In this document: positions 50,959 through 64,000 of the stretch, one piece after another | Numbering within the stretch: the first letter of the stretch is position 1 | How the letters are laid out: the number at the start of each line of letters is the position of its first letter | Source: Octopus vulgaris | Taxonomy: Eukaryota | Direction of reading: 5' to 3' | Assembly (NCBI GenBank): GCA_951406725.2 | Contig: OX597828.1 | Coordinates: forward strand, 66,340,001 to 66,404,000 | Length of the DNA: 64,000 nt | Made by a program: the position numbers and the translations under genes | The notes under the pieces: generated by a model | Told to the model about the DNA's origin: nothing | The model's input: the letters and a program-made list of their open reading frames with translations, nothing else | Database searches by the model: none

Positions 50959-51190
50959 TATTTCTTTACTGCCCACAAGGGGCTAAACATAGAGGGGACA
51001 AACAAGGACAGAAAAAGGGATTAAGTCAATTACATCGACCCCAGTGCAAAACTGGTACTTTATTTATCGACCCCGAAAGGATGAAAGGCAAAGTTGACCT
51101 CGGCGGAATTTGAACTCAGAACGTAACGACAGACGAAATACCGCTAAGCATTTCACCCAGCGTGCTAACGTTTCTGCCAGCTCGCCGCCT
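50959..51190 (-). mobile_element. SINE family A (A1)
   Basis: Complete head, core and tail. Confidence 0.9.
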
Positions 51191-51217
51191 TTTATTTACA
51201 CATGTATATATGAACTG

Positions 51218-51675
51218 TAATTGCTAGAATAAGAATAGGGTGCAAAAAGTTTAGAGAGCTCTTAGCTCTGTTGGCAACCAGAGCTCACTCTCTTCCTCTG
51301 AGTGAAAATAAGATTGTATGATGCATGTGTATGAACTGCAATGCTACTTGGGACCATGAATGCAGAGGACATGCAAAGGCCAGAGAGGAAGGAAGTTAGT
51401 ATACTCCACTGGATGTACAATGTCAGTGTGCATATGCAATAAAGTATTAGTGCACTGAGATTGCATAAGACTGCACTGTTTTGGTCATATGATGTGTCTG
51501 GATGTGAACAGTTGCATAACAAAGTGCTGATCACATAAAAGTGGAAGGAACTTGTGGTAGAGGGAGACCCAGAAAAACATGGAACAAAACACTGAAGGCC
51601 GATCTCAAGGTGCTGAACATTACAAAGGAGATGACAAAGGACCAAGATCCTAGGTGCTTTGCTCTACTCTAGAAC
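51218..51675 (+). mobile_element. decayed RTE ORF C-terminal relic
   Basis: Colinear with 26120-26610 (ARIRI..KFREL, YDACV.TAML, GRPRKTW). Confidence 0.8.
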
Positions 51676-51905
51676 ACTTTACTTTCCCTCATATTACCCA
51701 CTTCCCTGACGCTGTTTCTGTTAGTCTTTCCTTTGCTACCTTCACTCCTCTTTTAGTGTGAAACTGTGTAACTCCACTAAAAATTATCTTGAACCCTGCT
51801 GAACTGTTTAAACCATACAGATACGACATATGGATCAGCCTACACTAACTATTCCTGGGCCCAACTACTCCACCTACTCTCTCATCATTACTATTATCAC
51901 TTTGT

Positions 51906-52137
51906 TATTTCTTTGCTACCCACAAGGGGCTACACACAGAGGGGACAAACACGGACAGACAAAGGGATTAAGTCGATTACATCAACCCCAATGCATAACT
52001 GATACGTAATTTATCGACCCCGAAAGGATGAAAGGCAAAGTTGACCTTGGCGGAATTTGAACTCAGAATGTAGCGGCAGACGAAATACTGCTAAGGATTT
52101 CACCCTGCGTGCTAACGATTCTGCCAGCTCGCTGCCT
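51906..52137 (-). mobile_element. SINE family A (A1)
   Basis: Complete; TSD atcactttgt at 51896-51905 and 52141-52150. Confidence 0.9.
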
Positions 52138-53204
52138 ATAATCACTTTGTACCCTCCCTCTCTCCTTCACACTATTTCCTGACATTTCTCTTCCTCTTTT
52201 CTCCTCTGTCCCCTTCATTACTCTTACCCCAACACTGTTCTCTCACTTATTCTCTCCACTACCATCCTTGCACTACAATAATTCTGTTCCATCTTTCAGG
52301 AAGGCTTTCTCTTGCATTGCAAGCTACAAGTCGACCCTCATCAGTGCCACAAATGCACCAGGTAAACTCTGTAAAGCAGTTCGTGTTTGGAAGGACATCC
52401 AAGTGTTAGAAACCAAACCGAAATGGAGATTAGAGCAAGATGAGGTTCTCAGATAGTTAGACACATTTGTCGAACTGTCCAACCGTGTAAAATGATGATG
52501 ATTCATACATACACACACACATGCACACGCAAATACACACACATTCAAACACACACATATCCCCCCCACAGACACACACATTTACACACTCACATACACA
52601 CAAACAAATTTCACACACACATTCAAACATACTCACACATATTCACATACACACTGTCATACACAAATACATATTCACACACACAAAAACACACATTCAC
52701 ATATATACATAAAAACACACATTAACATACACACAAATACATACATATACACCACACACATACACAAACACACACACAAACACCCATCTTTCATAATTGA
52801 GTATGGCTTAGTACTAGCAATAGCCAGGATTCTATTAATGATTTCAGATGGCCATCAAGTTGTAAAGAGACGCACTCTCTTGATCTTCCATTTCTCTCAC
52901 CCTTGATCCACACAAAAGAATAGATCCAGAATGTAACGACCGGTGGTAGAAAGGCCTCCTGCACTAAGGTGGTTACTATATGTATTAGTCCCAAAAGAAT
53001 GAAAAGCAAAGTCGACCTTGGTTTAATTTGAATTCAGAATACAGAGAACCAAATATCACAAAAGATCTCAATGCATCACAATAGATTGATCTGCCAGTTT
53101 CATACAATTGTTAGACATTCATCAGGGAAAGAATGCGCAGTTTCCATCAACAAAGAGATTAGAAGCTCATAAATATGACACATGTGTGAATGGTTACAAT
53201 ATTT

Positions 53205-53287
<83 letters not shown>

Positions 53288-54293
53288 TGAAAGGTAGGTA
53301 GGTGTACTAGTTGACAGATAGTCATGCCCTTTCCTCTCTCTCTCTTTACATACGTTTGTATGTTTGTTAGAATATACTGGGATATAGGTCGGTAGATAAG
53401 TAAATATATTTGTGTACATCTAAAGTTTTTTTTGGGGACATATGGCTGCACATATGCACACACCCAACACACACACATACAACACAACACACACACACAC
53501 ATCAGAGCACATTAACTTGTGTGTATGTGTCTATATGTATGTGTTTCTGTGTGTGAAATATGTGATGATATCTTGAGTCTTTGCTGTATCATAAACTTCT
53601 GCCTCTAAGTGGATCATATATATTTATTTCCTGTGATGGCCATATAATCTTGTTTTGGTAAGATTATGCCAATAGATGTGTACTGTTAAGTCCAGCATTG
53701 GATCTGGTACAATGACTACATGAAACCCATTTATGTTGTTTTGGCAATTGTGGAGGGGTTCAGTCCCACTGAGTGGTGCTTTGAGCAAGTGACTTCTACT
53801 TTAGCCTCAGGCCTTGTGAATGGATTTGGTAAATGGAAACTAGAAGAAGCCCATCATGTGCATGTGTGTATGGGTGTTTGTGTGTGTGTGTGCACGTGTG
53901 ACTCTATGTCTGTGTTTGTCTTCACCAGCACTTGACAACTGGTGTCTTTTTAACTTGCTGAGTTTAATTACCAATTGGATTACTTATATTGGATCTCAGA
54001 ACGTAACAGCCATAGCTTAGTGAGGGCGAATACCAGGACTTGGCATTCATTTACACATGTCACACAGATTCTCTTTTAGTTTGTCCTTGAAGTGGAAAAA
54101 ATTCCCATGAGTCATATGTAAGGCAACTAGTATCCTGACTTCTCCATATGTACCATGTGGTTTACCCATACAGGTTGTGTAGGGTGGCCTTGGAGCTTTG
54201 ACTTCCCGTGTGTACCATGAAGTTCACCTAAACGGATTGTGAGGAGTAGCATTAGTTTTTTTGATTTTTACACATGTATTATAAGGTTGACTG

Positions 54294-54785
54294 CTCATCA
54301 TCATCATTCATTGTTCAACCGTGGTCGAGACAATGGAATTTATTATGTTACGCCAGATTTCACGGTCCATCATAGCATTATGGAGGTCCCATTGCTGGAC
54401 GCCTGTATCCCTGGAGATTACATCAGGGTAGGAGAGTGTGCGCCCTCTGGTATTGCAAGCAGATGGCTCCAGAGGAGAAGAGTAGAAATTACCTTGTTTT
54501 CAGCTCTACAACAATGTCCAGCAAACTGGACTCTTCTACCTTTCACAAGAGATGATACAGGTGGTAGTTTCTCATATATTTGTACTTTGGTTGCATGACG
54601 CTTCCACGAGAGATTTTGAGCTCTCATAAGGAGGCGAGTGTAAGTTCCATCCAACCGCCTCTCAAGCTTCTTTGATAACATCCAGGTTTCTGAGCCATAT
54701 AGTAGAATTGGTTTGACTGTGGCTTTGAAGATTTTAAGTTTGAAATCTCTACTTAGATTTGATGACCAGATCTTATGCATATCAT
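54294..54785 (-). mobile_element. second RTE-type LINE, 3' end relic
   Basis: KIWSSNLSRDFKLKIFKATVKPILLYGSETW..LDGTYTRLLMRAQNLSW..RRVQFAGHC; ends in a (TGA)n tail. Confidence 0.88.
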
Positions 54786-55623
54786 AATGTAGTGTCTGAT
54801 GGAATAGGACACTTTAACCAGGTCTTTATCCATCTTTTCCATGTATGTATGTATGTATGTATATATATGTGTGTGTGTGTGTGTGTGCATGGATGCGTGT
54901 GTGTGTGTGAAGAAAAAAACTGGACAAACAATTATAGAATGTAAGGAATCATCTGTATTACAATATGAAAATAATACTTTACAGCTGTTTCAAAGATTCA
55001 GTGACTGGTTGATGTTATAATGCATATTATGCAAACAATTGTACATAATGAGGTAATACTACACACAGCAAATAAACAAAACTATTATCAACTTACATGA
55101 AGTCTTATACGTGAATATCTGTAAGCAAGAATCTCTGAACATTTTCTTCAGAAGAGTGTTTGCGCAACTTTATAAATATATCCTTTTTTGCATCCTCTTC
55201 AGTTTTCCTTTCTCTTCCATGTTTCTGTCTGTCTTTCTTTATTCCTTGTCCACTCTTTTTCCTGGTTTTACCTATTCTTCCTATACTCTCTCTCTATGGC
55301 TTTCTCTCTCTCTATTGCTCTCTCTCTTTCTTGTATTTATTCATTTACTCACTCTTATTTCTTCTATCTCTCTCTCTTATTTCTGTTTTCCTCTTCCTTT
55401 CTTTGAAATGCTGTGTAAAATCATGACAATGAACAGAGCCAGAACAAACAAACAATCAAACAAACAAAAAGATCGATGGAATTGGTTTCCGGTGAAGTTT
55501 GGACCAAAATCTTCAGATATTTAAACACTTCCAGCCTGGACTCCAAACTTCAAAGTTGTCCCTTTGCAGAAATAACATCAAAGCCTATCTCTGGTTTTCA
55601 CACACACGCACACACACACACAC

Positions 55624-55661
<38 letters not shown>

Positions 55662-56071
55662 GCACTCACTCTTTCTCTCTCTCTCTCTGTCTCTGCCCAT
55701 TTCTCTCTTTCTCCTCTTGTCTCTTTTCTTCTGTATATGCTTAGGAAGCAATTGGATGCATCAAATATACATACTTTTACAATCCCAAAATTTGTCAATA
55801 TTATCTATTTTACAATAAGAGCCTGCTTCTGTGCCAAATTTCATCAACCTAGTTTTCTACAACACATTTTTATCCGCTAGTTTATACACCTCTTCTCCTT
55901 TAACACATTTTTATAGATTTCTTTTGGTAAATGTATTAAAACTGTTATGTAATGCCGTGGATCTGTATTGTCTGATAGAGTCACAGAAGCACTGATGAGA
56001 TATATAATGTGTCTCGGGTTTATTTAGACCAGGCAGAGACTGTCCTTCTCCAGAAACAGAGACAGATAGAA

Positions 56072-56136
<65 letters not shown>

Positions 56137-56261
56137 GAGAATCAACTACAGTACAGAATTGTTACTTTATTTATCAACCACAGAAAAGAATAAAAGGCAA
56201 AGCAGACCTTGGTGGAATTTGAATTCAAAGGAGGCTGCAATAACTGTTGTAATGCAATCTA

Positions 56262-56293
<32 letters not shown>

Positions 56294-56296
56294 TCA

Positions 56297-56331
<35 letters not shown>

Positions 56332-56364
56332 AAGTTTACGAAAAAAAACAAAAGATGAAGACAG

Positions 56365-56480
56365 GTAGTGTACAAAACAAACAGATGTATTAGCATAGCG
56401 CTCAGGAATAGAAAAAGTCTTTTACGTTTCGACCCTACGCTCTTCTACAGAAAGGAACACAGAAGAAACAAGGAGAGAAA
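56365..56480 (-). mobile_element. Penelope-like repeat with variant minimal hammerhead motif
   Basis: Reverse complement ctttCTGTAGAagagcgtagggtcGAAAcgTAaaag (56419-56454), then ttcctgagc as in the 47915 copy. A more decayed plus-strand copy lies at ~56850-56915. Confidence 0.55.
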
Positions 56481-58120
56481 AAAGGAGACACACACACACA
56501 CACACATATATATATACATATACATATTTATTTTGTCCAAAGAGTTTTTCAATGAGTGTTTTACCTTTTTTGACTACACCCGGTGTGTGTACTTGCTCAC
56601 ATTCATACATGTGTCTGATAGCATTATACACACGTGTCAGACAGCTTTATACACACACACACACACAAAAGTCAGATAGCTTTGCACACACACACACACA
56701 TACACACACACACACACACACACAAGCCAGGTCAATGTTGTCTCTCTTTCCACTTACAACTCAAGCCCTTCCTTTTCTGGTCATTTCAGCAGAGGGTGAC
56801 CATCTAATTGAGACATGTTTTTTCTTCTCTCTCTATTTTTTCCCTCCTCATCTATCCTTTTCATAGAAGGCCATATGCTTGAAACATTAAAGACTTCTAA
56901 TTTTTCTGAGCATCAGTCAAATACATTCAGTTTTTCTTTACTTCTTTTGGACTCATCTTATTTTTTTTTAAATATATAATACACACAAACACATATAGTA
57001 AAACAAATATAGCAAAAGAAAGAAAATGCACACAATTTATATATTTTTTTATACATTTTATAAGATAGAATAATTATATAATCTACCAGTTTCATATTTT
57101 GCTAACCAATAGCTGGGAAATTGCTGAAAATATTGCAATTTCATAGTATCTTAAGGAGTTTTTAGTTCATGTTGGTTGCATGGATATTCACACACACACA
57201 CACACATACATATTGTATATATATATATATATATATATTCTACTGATATATATATATATATATATAGTTTCATCTTGTCTCTTTGTTTTCTCTCCATGTT
57301 GATGTATACAATATATATATATATATATACCCTAATTTATATATATATACCTTTGATTATTTTTTCCATGTGACCACTTGATAAAATCGTTATTTTATTT
57401 TTAAATTAACGATCTTATCCTTATTTATATATATATGTACATACACACACACATACACACATATATATATATGCACACACACATACACATATGGATGAGT
57501 ATATGTGTGTGTGTGTGTGAGCACATGTTTGTATATATGTGTCTATGTGTGTCAGTATAAGTGCACCTGGCACAAAACCCACACCAGCACAATATGAAAA
57601 AAGAAGTGTTTGGATGACCCATGGTTGACCCAATTTCCCTTGAACTAAAACCATTTAGCATAAGATAGAGACAATTTATTTATCAAGTAATAATACACAT
57701 CCAAAATCTGACTTATAGTCTAACAAATTCTTTAAGCATCCCTACATTTATCCACCTACTTTTCACTAGTTTGTATACAAGCTAATAATTACTTAATAAG
57801 ATCATTACTAAGGTCATTATTGCTTTCTTAACCCTTCGTTAGTCACATGGAATGTGTTGTCATCCCCAATTTTTTTAAATGCTTGTAATTTTTAGTTGGA
57901 ATCTTATTTTTTATCCCTTCCTCTACTTTTCTGATTCAGTGAGGGTGTGTTGCAGGTGGTGTGGCACAGTCGTGACTTACATGTTATGGGAGGTAGATGT
58001 TATTTTTGTCTATGCACCCCATGTCACTAACACAGTTCAAGCTCTGATTCGACAAATATTGTAATGGAAATTGCCTGTTATGTTATTTTTTAATGCTAAT
58101 ATTCATCATAGATATTAAAA

Positions 58121-58510
58121 TCATCATCATCATCATCGTTTAATGTCCGCTTTTCATGCTAGCATGGGTTGGACGAATGACTGAGGGCTGGCAAACCAGA
58201 TGGCTGCACCAGGCTTCAATCTTGATGTGGTAGAGTTTCTACAGCTAGATGCCCTTTCTAACGCCAACCACTCTGAGAGTGTAGTGGGTGCTTTTACGTG
58301 CCACCGGCACGGGGGCCAGTCAGGCGGTACTGGCAATGACCTCGCTCGAATCTTTTTACACATGCCACCGGCACAGGTGCCAGTAAGGTGACGTTGGTAA
58401 CAATCACGCCTGAATGGTGCCCTTTTACATGCCACCGGCACGGATACCAGTTGGCTGCTCTGGCAACGATCACGCTTGGATAGTGCTCTTGGCACCCTAC
58501 TAGCACAGGC
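58121..58510 (-). mobile_element. RTE LINE 3' end (family C)
   Basis: (CAT)n, tail and repeated hairpin units. Confidence 0.9.
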
Positions 58511-58820
58511 ATTCCATAAAATGGTATGTTCTGTGGGTATTTTCAAAATAAATGTGATGCGAATCAAAGATATTTTTAGTGTTTCCTTAATTTTATAATT
58601 TATTTTATTGTATTGTTTTATATTAATATCAAACAGCTACAAGGGCTTCAAACTTCTCAGCAGTGACTGTAGATATATCCTGAACCAATAGAATGACTAT
58701 ATTTTACATAATACTAAAACTATAAATATTTTGTATTGAGGTGTGTAAACACCTCATGTGACTAACCAAATTCGGAAATGTCAAGTGACTAACAAAAGGT
58801 TAATAGAATTTCCCTTAAAA

Positions 58821-59020
58821 TCATCATCATCATCATCGTTAAATGACCGCTTTCCATGCTAGCATGGGTTGGACAGTTCGACTGGGGTCTGGGAAGCCAG
58901 GAGGCTGCACCAGGCCCAGGCTGATCTGGCAGTGTTTCTACAGCTGGGTGCCCTTCCTAATGCCAACCACTTCGTGAGTGTACCAACCACTCCATGAGTG
59001 TATAAACCACTCCGTGAGTA
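58821..59020 (-). mobile_element. RTE LINE 3' end (family C) with triplicated 5' junction
   Basis: aaccactycrtgagtg three times (20-bp period) at the truncation point. Confidence 0.88.
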
Positions 59021-59117
59021 TTTCTGAGAAATAGATTCAAAGAACAATTATACAGAGTTTTATTTTATTGATGGATGTAGAGCCTTTGTTATAAACTTTG
59101 ATATTTTCTTATAAAAT

Positions 59118-59330
59118 AGGCAGCAAGCTGAAAGAATTATTATCATGCTGGACAAGAATACTTAGCAGCATTTTATTTGTCTTTAAGTTCTGAGTTCAAA
59201 TTCCACTGGGATCAACTTTGCCTTTCATCCTTTCGGGGTCAATAAAATAATTACCAGCAGAGCACTGGAGCTGATGTAATTGACTTACTCCACTCCCAAG
59301 ATTTCTGACCTTGTGTCAAAATCTGAAATC
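59118..59330 (+). mobile_element. diverged SINE family A (A2)
   Basis: gagttcaaattcc..ctttgcctttcatcctttcggggtcaataaa. Confidence 0.75.
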
Positions 59331-59533
59331 AAAATTTTCTTGTGGAATCAGTTCTTCTTGTCCAGTTGTTTTCTGCAGGATCAAATCAATTCCAACCAAT
59401 GGCTAAACAAGAAATTTTTTTTCACTATAACATCAGTCTCCTGAATATCAGTAATAAGAAGCTCTGGTAATGGTTCACTCAGATTCAGTTTGGAATACAT
59501 ATAGTTTCTTTTGTTTTATTTTGTATGTATATA

Positions 59534-59571
<38 letters not shown>

Positions 59572-59653
59572 CATATATATACACACACACACACACATAT
59601 ATATACACATATATACACATATACACACACACACATATATATATATAATATAT

Positions 59654-59698
<45 letters not shown>

Positions 59699-59760
59699 TA
59701 TAACGGCTAAATACAAACACCTTCCACGCTGCAATTGTTTTTGTTTCAGCACACAATCTC

Positions 59761-59830
<70 letters not shown>

Positions 59831-60354
59831 ATGTGGATGTGCATGTTCATGTAAAGAGAGAAAGGGAAAGAAAAAGGAAAGAGAAGAGGAGGGGAAGCTA
59901 AATAAAGCATGAAAGAAATATAAATAGTATCAGGTAATGAGCTGCAAGAAGTAATGAAGTTCGTTTAATATTGTCATCATCATGATTGATCTTCCCAATT
60001 ACAAATGAGAGCTTCATTAAATTCTATAACAGACTTTATTAAGAGAAGTCATTACCAATAGACTTTCTCTTTAGAATCACTCTGCAACTGGCAGGTTTAT
60101 TCCTGGATTCATTCATCTCTTTGGTCACTTCTTCATAAGGCTTTAGTTTCTAATTAAATGTACCATAAATAACAGCAACTAATTTAACGTATAGAAGTTG
60201 TATCAGTTGACATCTCTTGGTTGCAACGTTCCCTTTATATTGTGGTTGAGGAATCTTTGCTTTTAACTCTATCAACTTTGAAGACTTGGCTATTTTCATG
60301 CTGAAAGAAAATAACAAATAAATTTCAAGACTTAGTCTTTGGTTATGTAAAAGC

Positions 60355-60619
60355 ACTTGGCAGAATTGTTAGCATGCAAAGCAAAATGCTTAGGAGCATT
60401 TCATGTTTTACTCTTTTACTTGTTTCAGTCATTTATCTGTGGCCATGCTGGAGCACCGCCTTTTAGTCGAGAAAATTGACCACAGGACTTATTCTTTGTA
60501 AGCCTAGTACTCATTTTATCGGTCTCTTTTGCTGAAACCACTAAGTTATGGGGATGTAAACACACCAGCATTGGTCGTCAAGCAATGTTGGGGGAACAAA
60601 TACAGACACACAAATGTAT

Positions 60620-60708
<89 letters not shown>

Positions 60709-61130
60709 CGACAGGCTTCTTTCAATTTCCGTCTACCAAATCCACTCACAAGGCTTTGGTCGGCCTGAGGCTATAATAGAAGACTCTTGCCTAAGGTGCC
60801 ACACAGTGGGACTGAACCCAAAACCATGTGGTTCATAAGCAAGCTACTTACCACACAGCCACTCCTATGCCTATAAATATAGAAAGTCGACCTCAGTGGA
60901 ATTTGAACTCAGAATGAAAAGATAGACGAAATACCAGTTAGCATTGTGCCCAATGCGCTAACGTTTCTGCCAACTCACCATGTTATATTCTGTCCTTAAA
61001 TTCCACTAAAATCGACTTTGCCTTTCATATATTCGGGTTTGATAAAATAAGTACCAGTTAAACACTGGGGTCTATGTAATTGACTTATCCCTTGCTTGAA
61101 ACTGCTGGCTTTGTACCAAAACTTGAGTCT
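60355..61130. mobile_element. nested SINE cluster: family B (-, 60407-60872) and family A pieces on both strands
   Basis: A head 60355-60405, full B copy, minus-strand A head 60880-60980, plus-strand A core and tail 60990-61130. Confidence 0.8.
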
Positions 61131-61544
61131 AATAATAGCAGTTTCTTGCATTGTCACAAAGTTAACAAATTTTTATAAAGTGTAATTATAGTTGTTTTAA
61201 TTTACCCTAGTAAGTAACTTCTACTTGCTTTAGTGACCTTGGTAGCTTGAAAGGGTGAAAGGTAAAATCAATCTCAGTAGTTCAGTTTAAACTACTACTA
61301 CTACTACTACTAACACCACCACCACCACTACCACTACTAGACAAAAAAGGAGTTAGTTAATTAACTAATTAAATAATTAACTTATCAGCTGCTTGACTAA
61401 TCATTGGATTAACAATCAACCAATTGGTCACTCAACCAGTTTCACTGCAACTGTGACAGATCACAATTGTGCAAAAGAAATGCTAACGTTGCACAAAGTA
61501 AATTTGAATACAAAACTGAGTTTAGCACTGAGTACAAGAAGGCC

Positions 61545-61751
61545 TAAGCTTGACAGGGCCTCAAATTTGGGGGAAGGGATTAAGTTGATTATATCGACCC
61601 TAGTGCATAACTGGTTCATAATTTATTGACCCTGAGAGGATGAAAGGCAAAGTTGACCCCGGCAGCATTTGAACTCAGAATATGAAGAATGATGAAATAC
61701 TGCTAAGCATTTCGCCTGGCGTGCTAATGATCCTGCCAGCTTGCTGCCTTT
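61545..61751 (-). mobile_element. SINE family A (A2)
   Basis: Complete head and core. Confidence 0.85.
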
Positions 61752-61761
61752 AAATTAATAA

Positions 61762-62218
61762 TTAATTTATTGACGGATGTAGAGCCTTTGTTATAAACTT
61801 TGATATAAACTTTATAACTTTGTTATAAACTTTGAAGACCTGTTGAGGCAAGTGAAATCAAAATCGATCAAAAATCAATGGAAATTGTAGTTATGATACC
61901 AGTGCCGGTGGCACATAAAAGAACCATCCGAAAGTGACTGTTGCCAGCGCTGCCACAACTGGCCTCCATGCTGGTGGTACGTAAAAAGCACCAACCGATC
62001 ATAGCCATTGCCAGCCTTGCCTGGCACCCGTGCCAGTGGCACGTAAAAAGCACCCACTACAATCATGGAGTGGTTGGTGTTAGGAAGGGCATCCAGCTGT
62101 AGAAACACTGCCAGATCAGACTGGGCCTGGTGCTGCCTCCTGGCTTCCCAGACTCCGGTTGAACCGTCCAACCCATGCTTGCATGGAAAGCAGACATTAA
62201 ACGATGATGATGATGATG
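61762..62218 (+). mobile_element. RTE LINE 3' end (family C, 61835-62218) with templated 5' filler
   Basis: aattaataa at 61753-61761 and 62219-62227 brackets filler plus element. Confidence 0.85.
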
Positions 62219-62999
62219 AATTAATAAAGCATTTGTAAAGCCTACAGTACTGACAGTTATTTTACATGTGAGAGGCCATTCCATTCCACTGAGTTTTAGT
62301 GTAACTTGACGTGGGTTATTGGGAGTTAAGTGTCTTGGCTACAAATACAATGCAATATTGTGGACCTCTCAACTGTTTTTGGTTTAAATTTCAACTAAAT
62401 TTTAGTGCCATTTTCAGAGACAAAACAGTATAAATAACATTATGTTAACTCATAAATATTTTAGTTGAGATCTGCTCTATTTTCCCCTTTGATTTACAAT
62501 TGAATCCTGGTTTATTGGGTTATTCTACATAATTTCTGTCTAATATTTAGGTTTTATTTTATTTCTTCTTTTCTCTTTTTTTATGTAAATATTAAGAATT
62601 TGCAATTTTAACAAATATTTTCACTCTCAAAATAAAAGTTAAAAGTCAAGAAACATTTTCAAGATTCAAAGAGAAAGTAATTTCTGCATTTTTTTCTTTC
62701 AATAGCTGACTTTCTAGAATAACTCTTCTATTTATTTATGGATGTTTGCCAAAATATTCTATGATAAAATGTGTAAATAAACATTACGATTCCACATATC
62801 TATAACTGCAGAGATATTACACTAGCATAAATATAAAATTAGACAGCTACTAATAGCAGTCCAATAACAAGGTACTAAAGACTAAATGATATTGCTATTA
62901 GTAATAGCTGAAAGATTTCCAACTGTGAATTAAAAAGGTAAAAAGTTCTAGTTGACTGGTAAATATCAACTTAACACTGGAAGCTTGATGAGAATTTCT

Positions 63000-63200
63000 T
63001 ACATTGGCACAAGGCCATAAATGTTGGAGAATGAGTATAATTGAATTAGGCAGTGTCATTACTTGATTGGTACCAAATTTATTGATCTCAAAGGAGTGCA
63101 AAGGTAAAGTCAAGCTCGGTCTGATTTCAACTCCAAATATAAAGAGTTAAAAGTAACTCTCACATGGCATGTCTAGCAGTCGTATTCTAAAATTCTAGCT
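63000..63200 (-). mobile_element. very old SINE family A relic
   Basis: tggcacaaggcc..ttggtacc..attgatctcaaaggagtgcaaaggtaaagtc. Confidence 0.55.
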
Positions 63201-64000
63201 GCCACCTTGGTAATTGACAAAAACATTAACGTTTTCTATTTGCTTCCATTTGTGAGCAAGCTTCAAATTTAAAACAAGGCTGTGTCTCATTTTATTTTTG
63301 GCACTTTAGATATGAAATAATAATTCTTCGTAAAAAATGGTAAAAAGTAATTCAAAATAATAAAGGTAAAATATATTTGATTTATTAAATAAATGTTTGA
63401 GTGTTTCTCAAAGTAAATGAAGGGAAAATCAAATAGGCATAGACATCATTCACATACATGCACATTTATGTGTCTATATGCATGTATACACACACTTACA
63501 TACACACACGTGTGTGTGTATGCATATATGTATGTACATATATGTGTGTGTGTGTGTGTGTGCGTGCGCGCGTATGCATATATGTATTATATACATACAC
63601 ACTCATTCATAAAAGAATGATCATATACATAAATAACAGGGACATTTTCATATGACACCGCCAGAAAATGTTGTTGACACACTATGGCAGAATCGTTTTC
63701 ACTTCATTGATTGGTTGAAATTGCCGAAATGTGTCCTTGAATAAAAAACTACAGAATTTTCTCAAGAAAGCCAAGAGAAAAAGATGTTTTATAAACACAT
63801 TCTACCAGTATACGAAGTTTAAAATTTTTTAGTTACAAAGAAATTATTTTAAAAATCTGCCAGTCAAAGCGAAAAGATCTGAAACTCTGCCAAACTAAAA
63901 CATCCGATTGAGATGTGGTCTCCTGACCAACTTGGGGGGCAATAACTACAATAAGAACTAACTCAGAACATGGGGACTCATCCAACCCCACCACATAGAA

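Noticed and set aside
54110-54240. HDV-like ribozyme on the minus strand beside the RTE relic
   Set aside because: A P4-like hairpin (ccacatg-gta-catatgg) is present, but I could not place P1/P2/P3 or the catalytic C.
63650-63885. Probable non-autonomous DNA-element repeat (weak relatives near 57080-57180 and 35060-35100)
   Set aside because: Ends and TSD could not be defined from this window.

Overview
AT-rich eukaryotic non-coding DNA (large intron or intergenic). The repeat families and the density of (TA)n/(CA)n/(CAT)n microsatellites point to a coleoid cephalopod, most likely Octopus; this comes from my recognition of the repeats, not a database search. I found no intact host gene, and nearly all listed ORFs are microsatellite or repeat artefacts. 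The window is a mosaic of mobile elements: (i) at least three tRNA-type SINE families (called A, B and D here); (ii) about 15 5'-truncated 3' ends of one RTE-clade LINE ('family C'), whose longest copy (25648-27109) has a PHD-type C4HC3 zinc finger inside the RT; (iii) relics of CR1/Jockey-group, R4/Dong-like and a second RTE-type LINE; (iv) a Gypsy integrase-PPT-LTR end; (v) mariner and maT/DD37D relics, piggyBac-like TTAA MITEs and two non-autonomous Helitrons; (vi) Penelope-like repeats with degenerate hammerhead cores. The most unusual structures are a 19 x 97-bp tandem array of a SINE core inside one TSD-flanked SINE (6105-7947), TSD-flanked SINE dimers joined at a fixed GAAATA|GGTATTTC junction, RTE insertions whose 5' junctions carry stutters and 41-57 bp copied from nearby DNA, a LINE/SINE pair sharing a 3' tail, and a free-standing near-perfect hairpin of about 70 nt (19601-19672). 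Coordinates of degraded elements are approximate.
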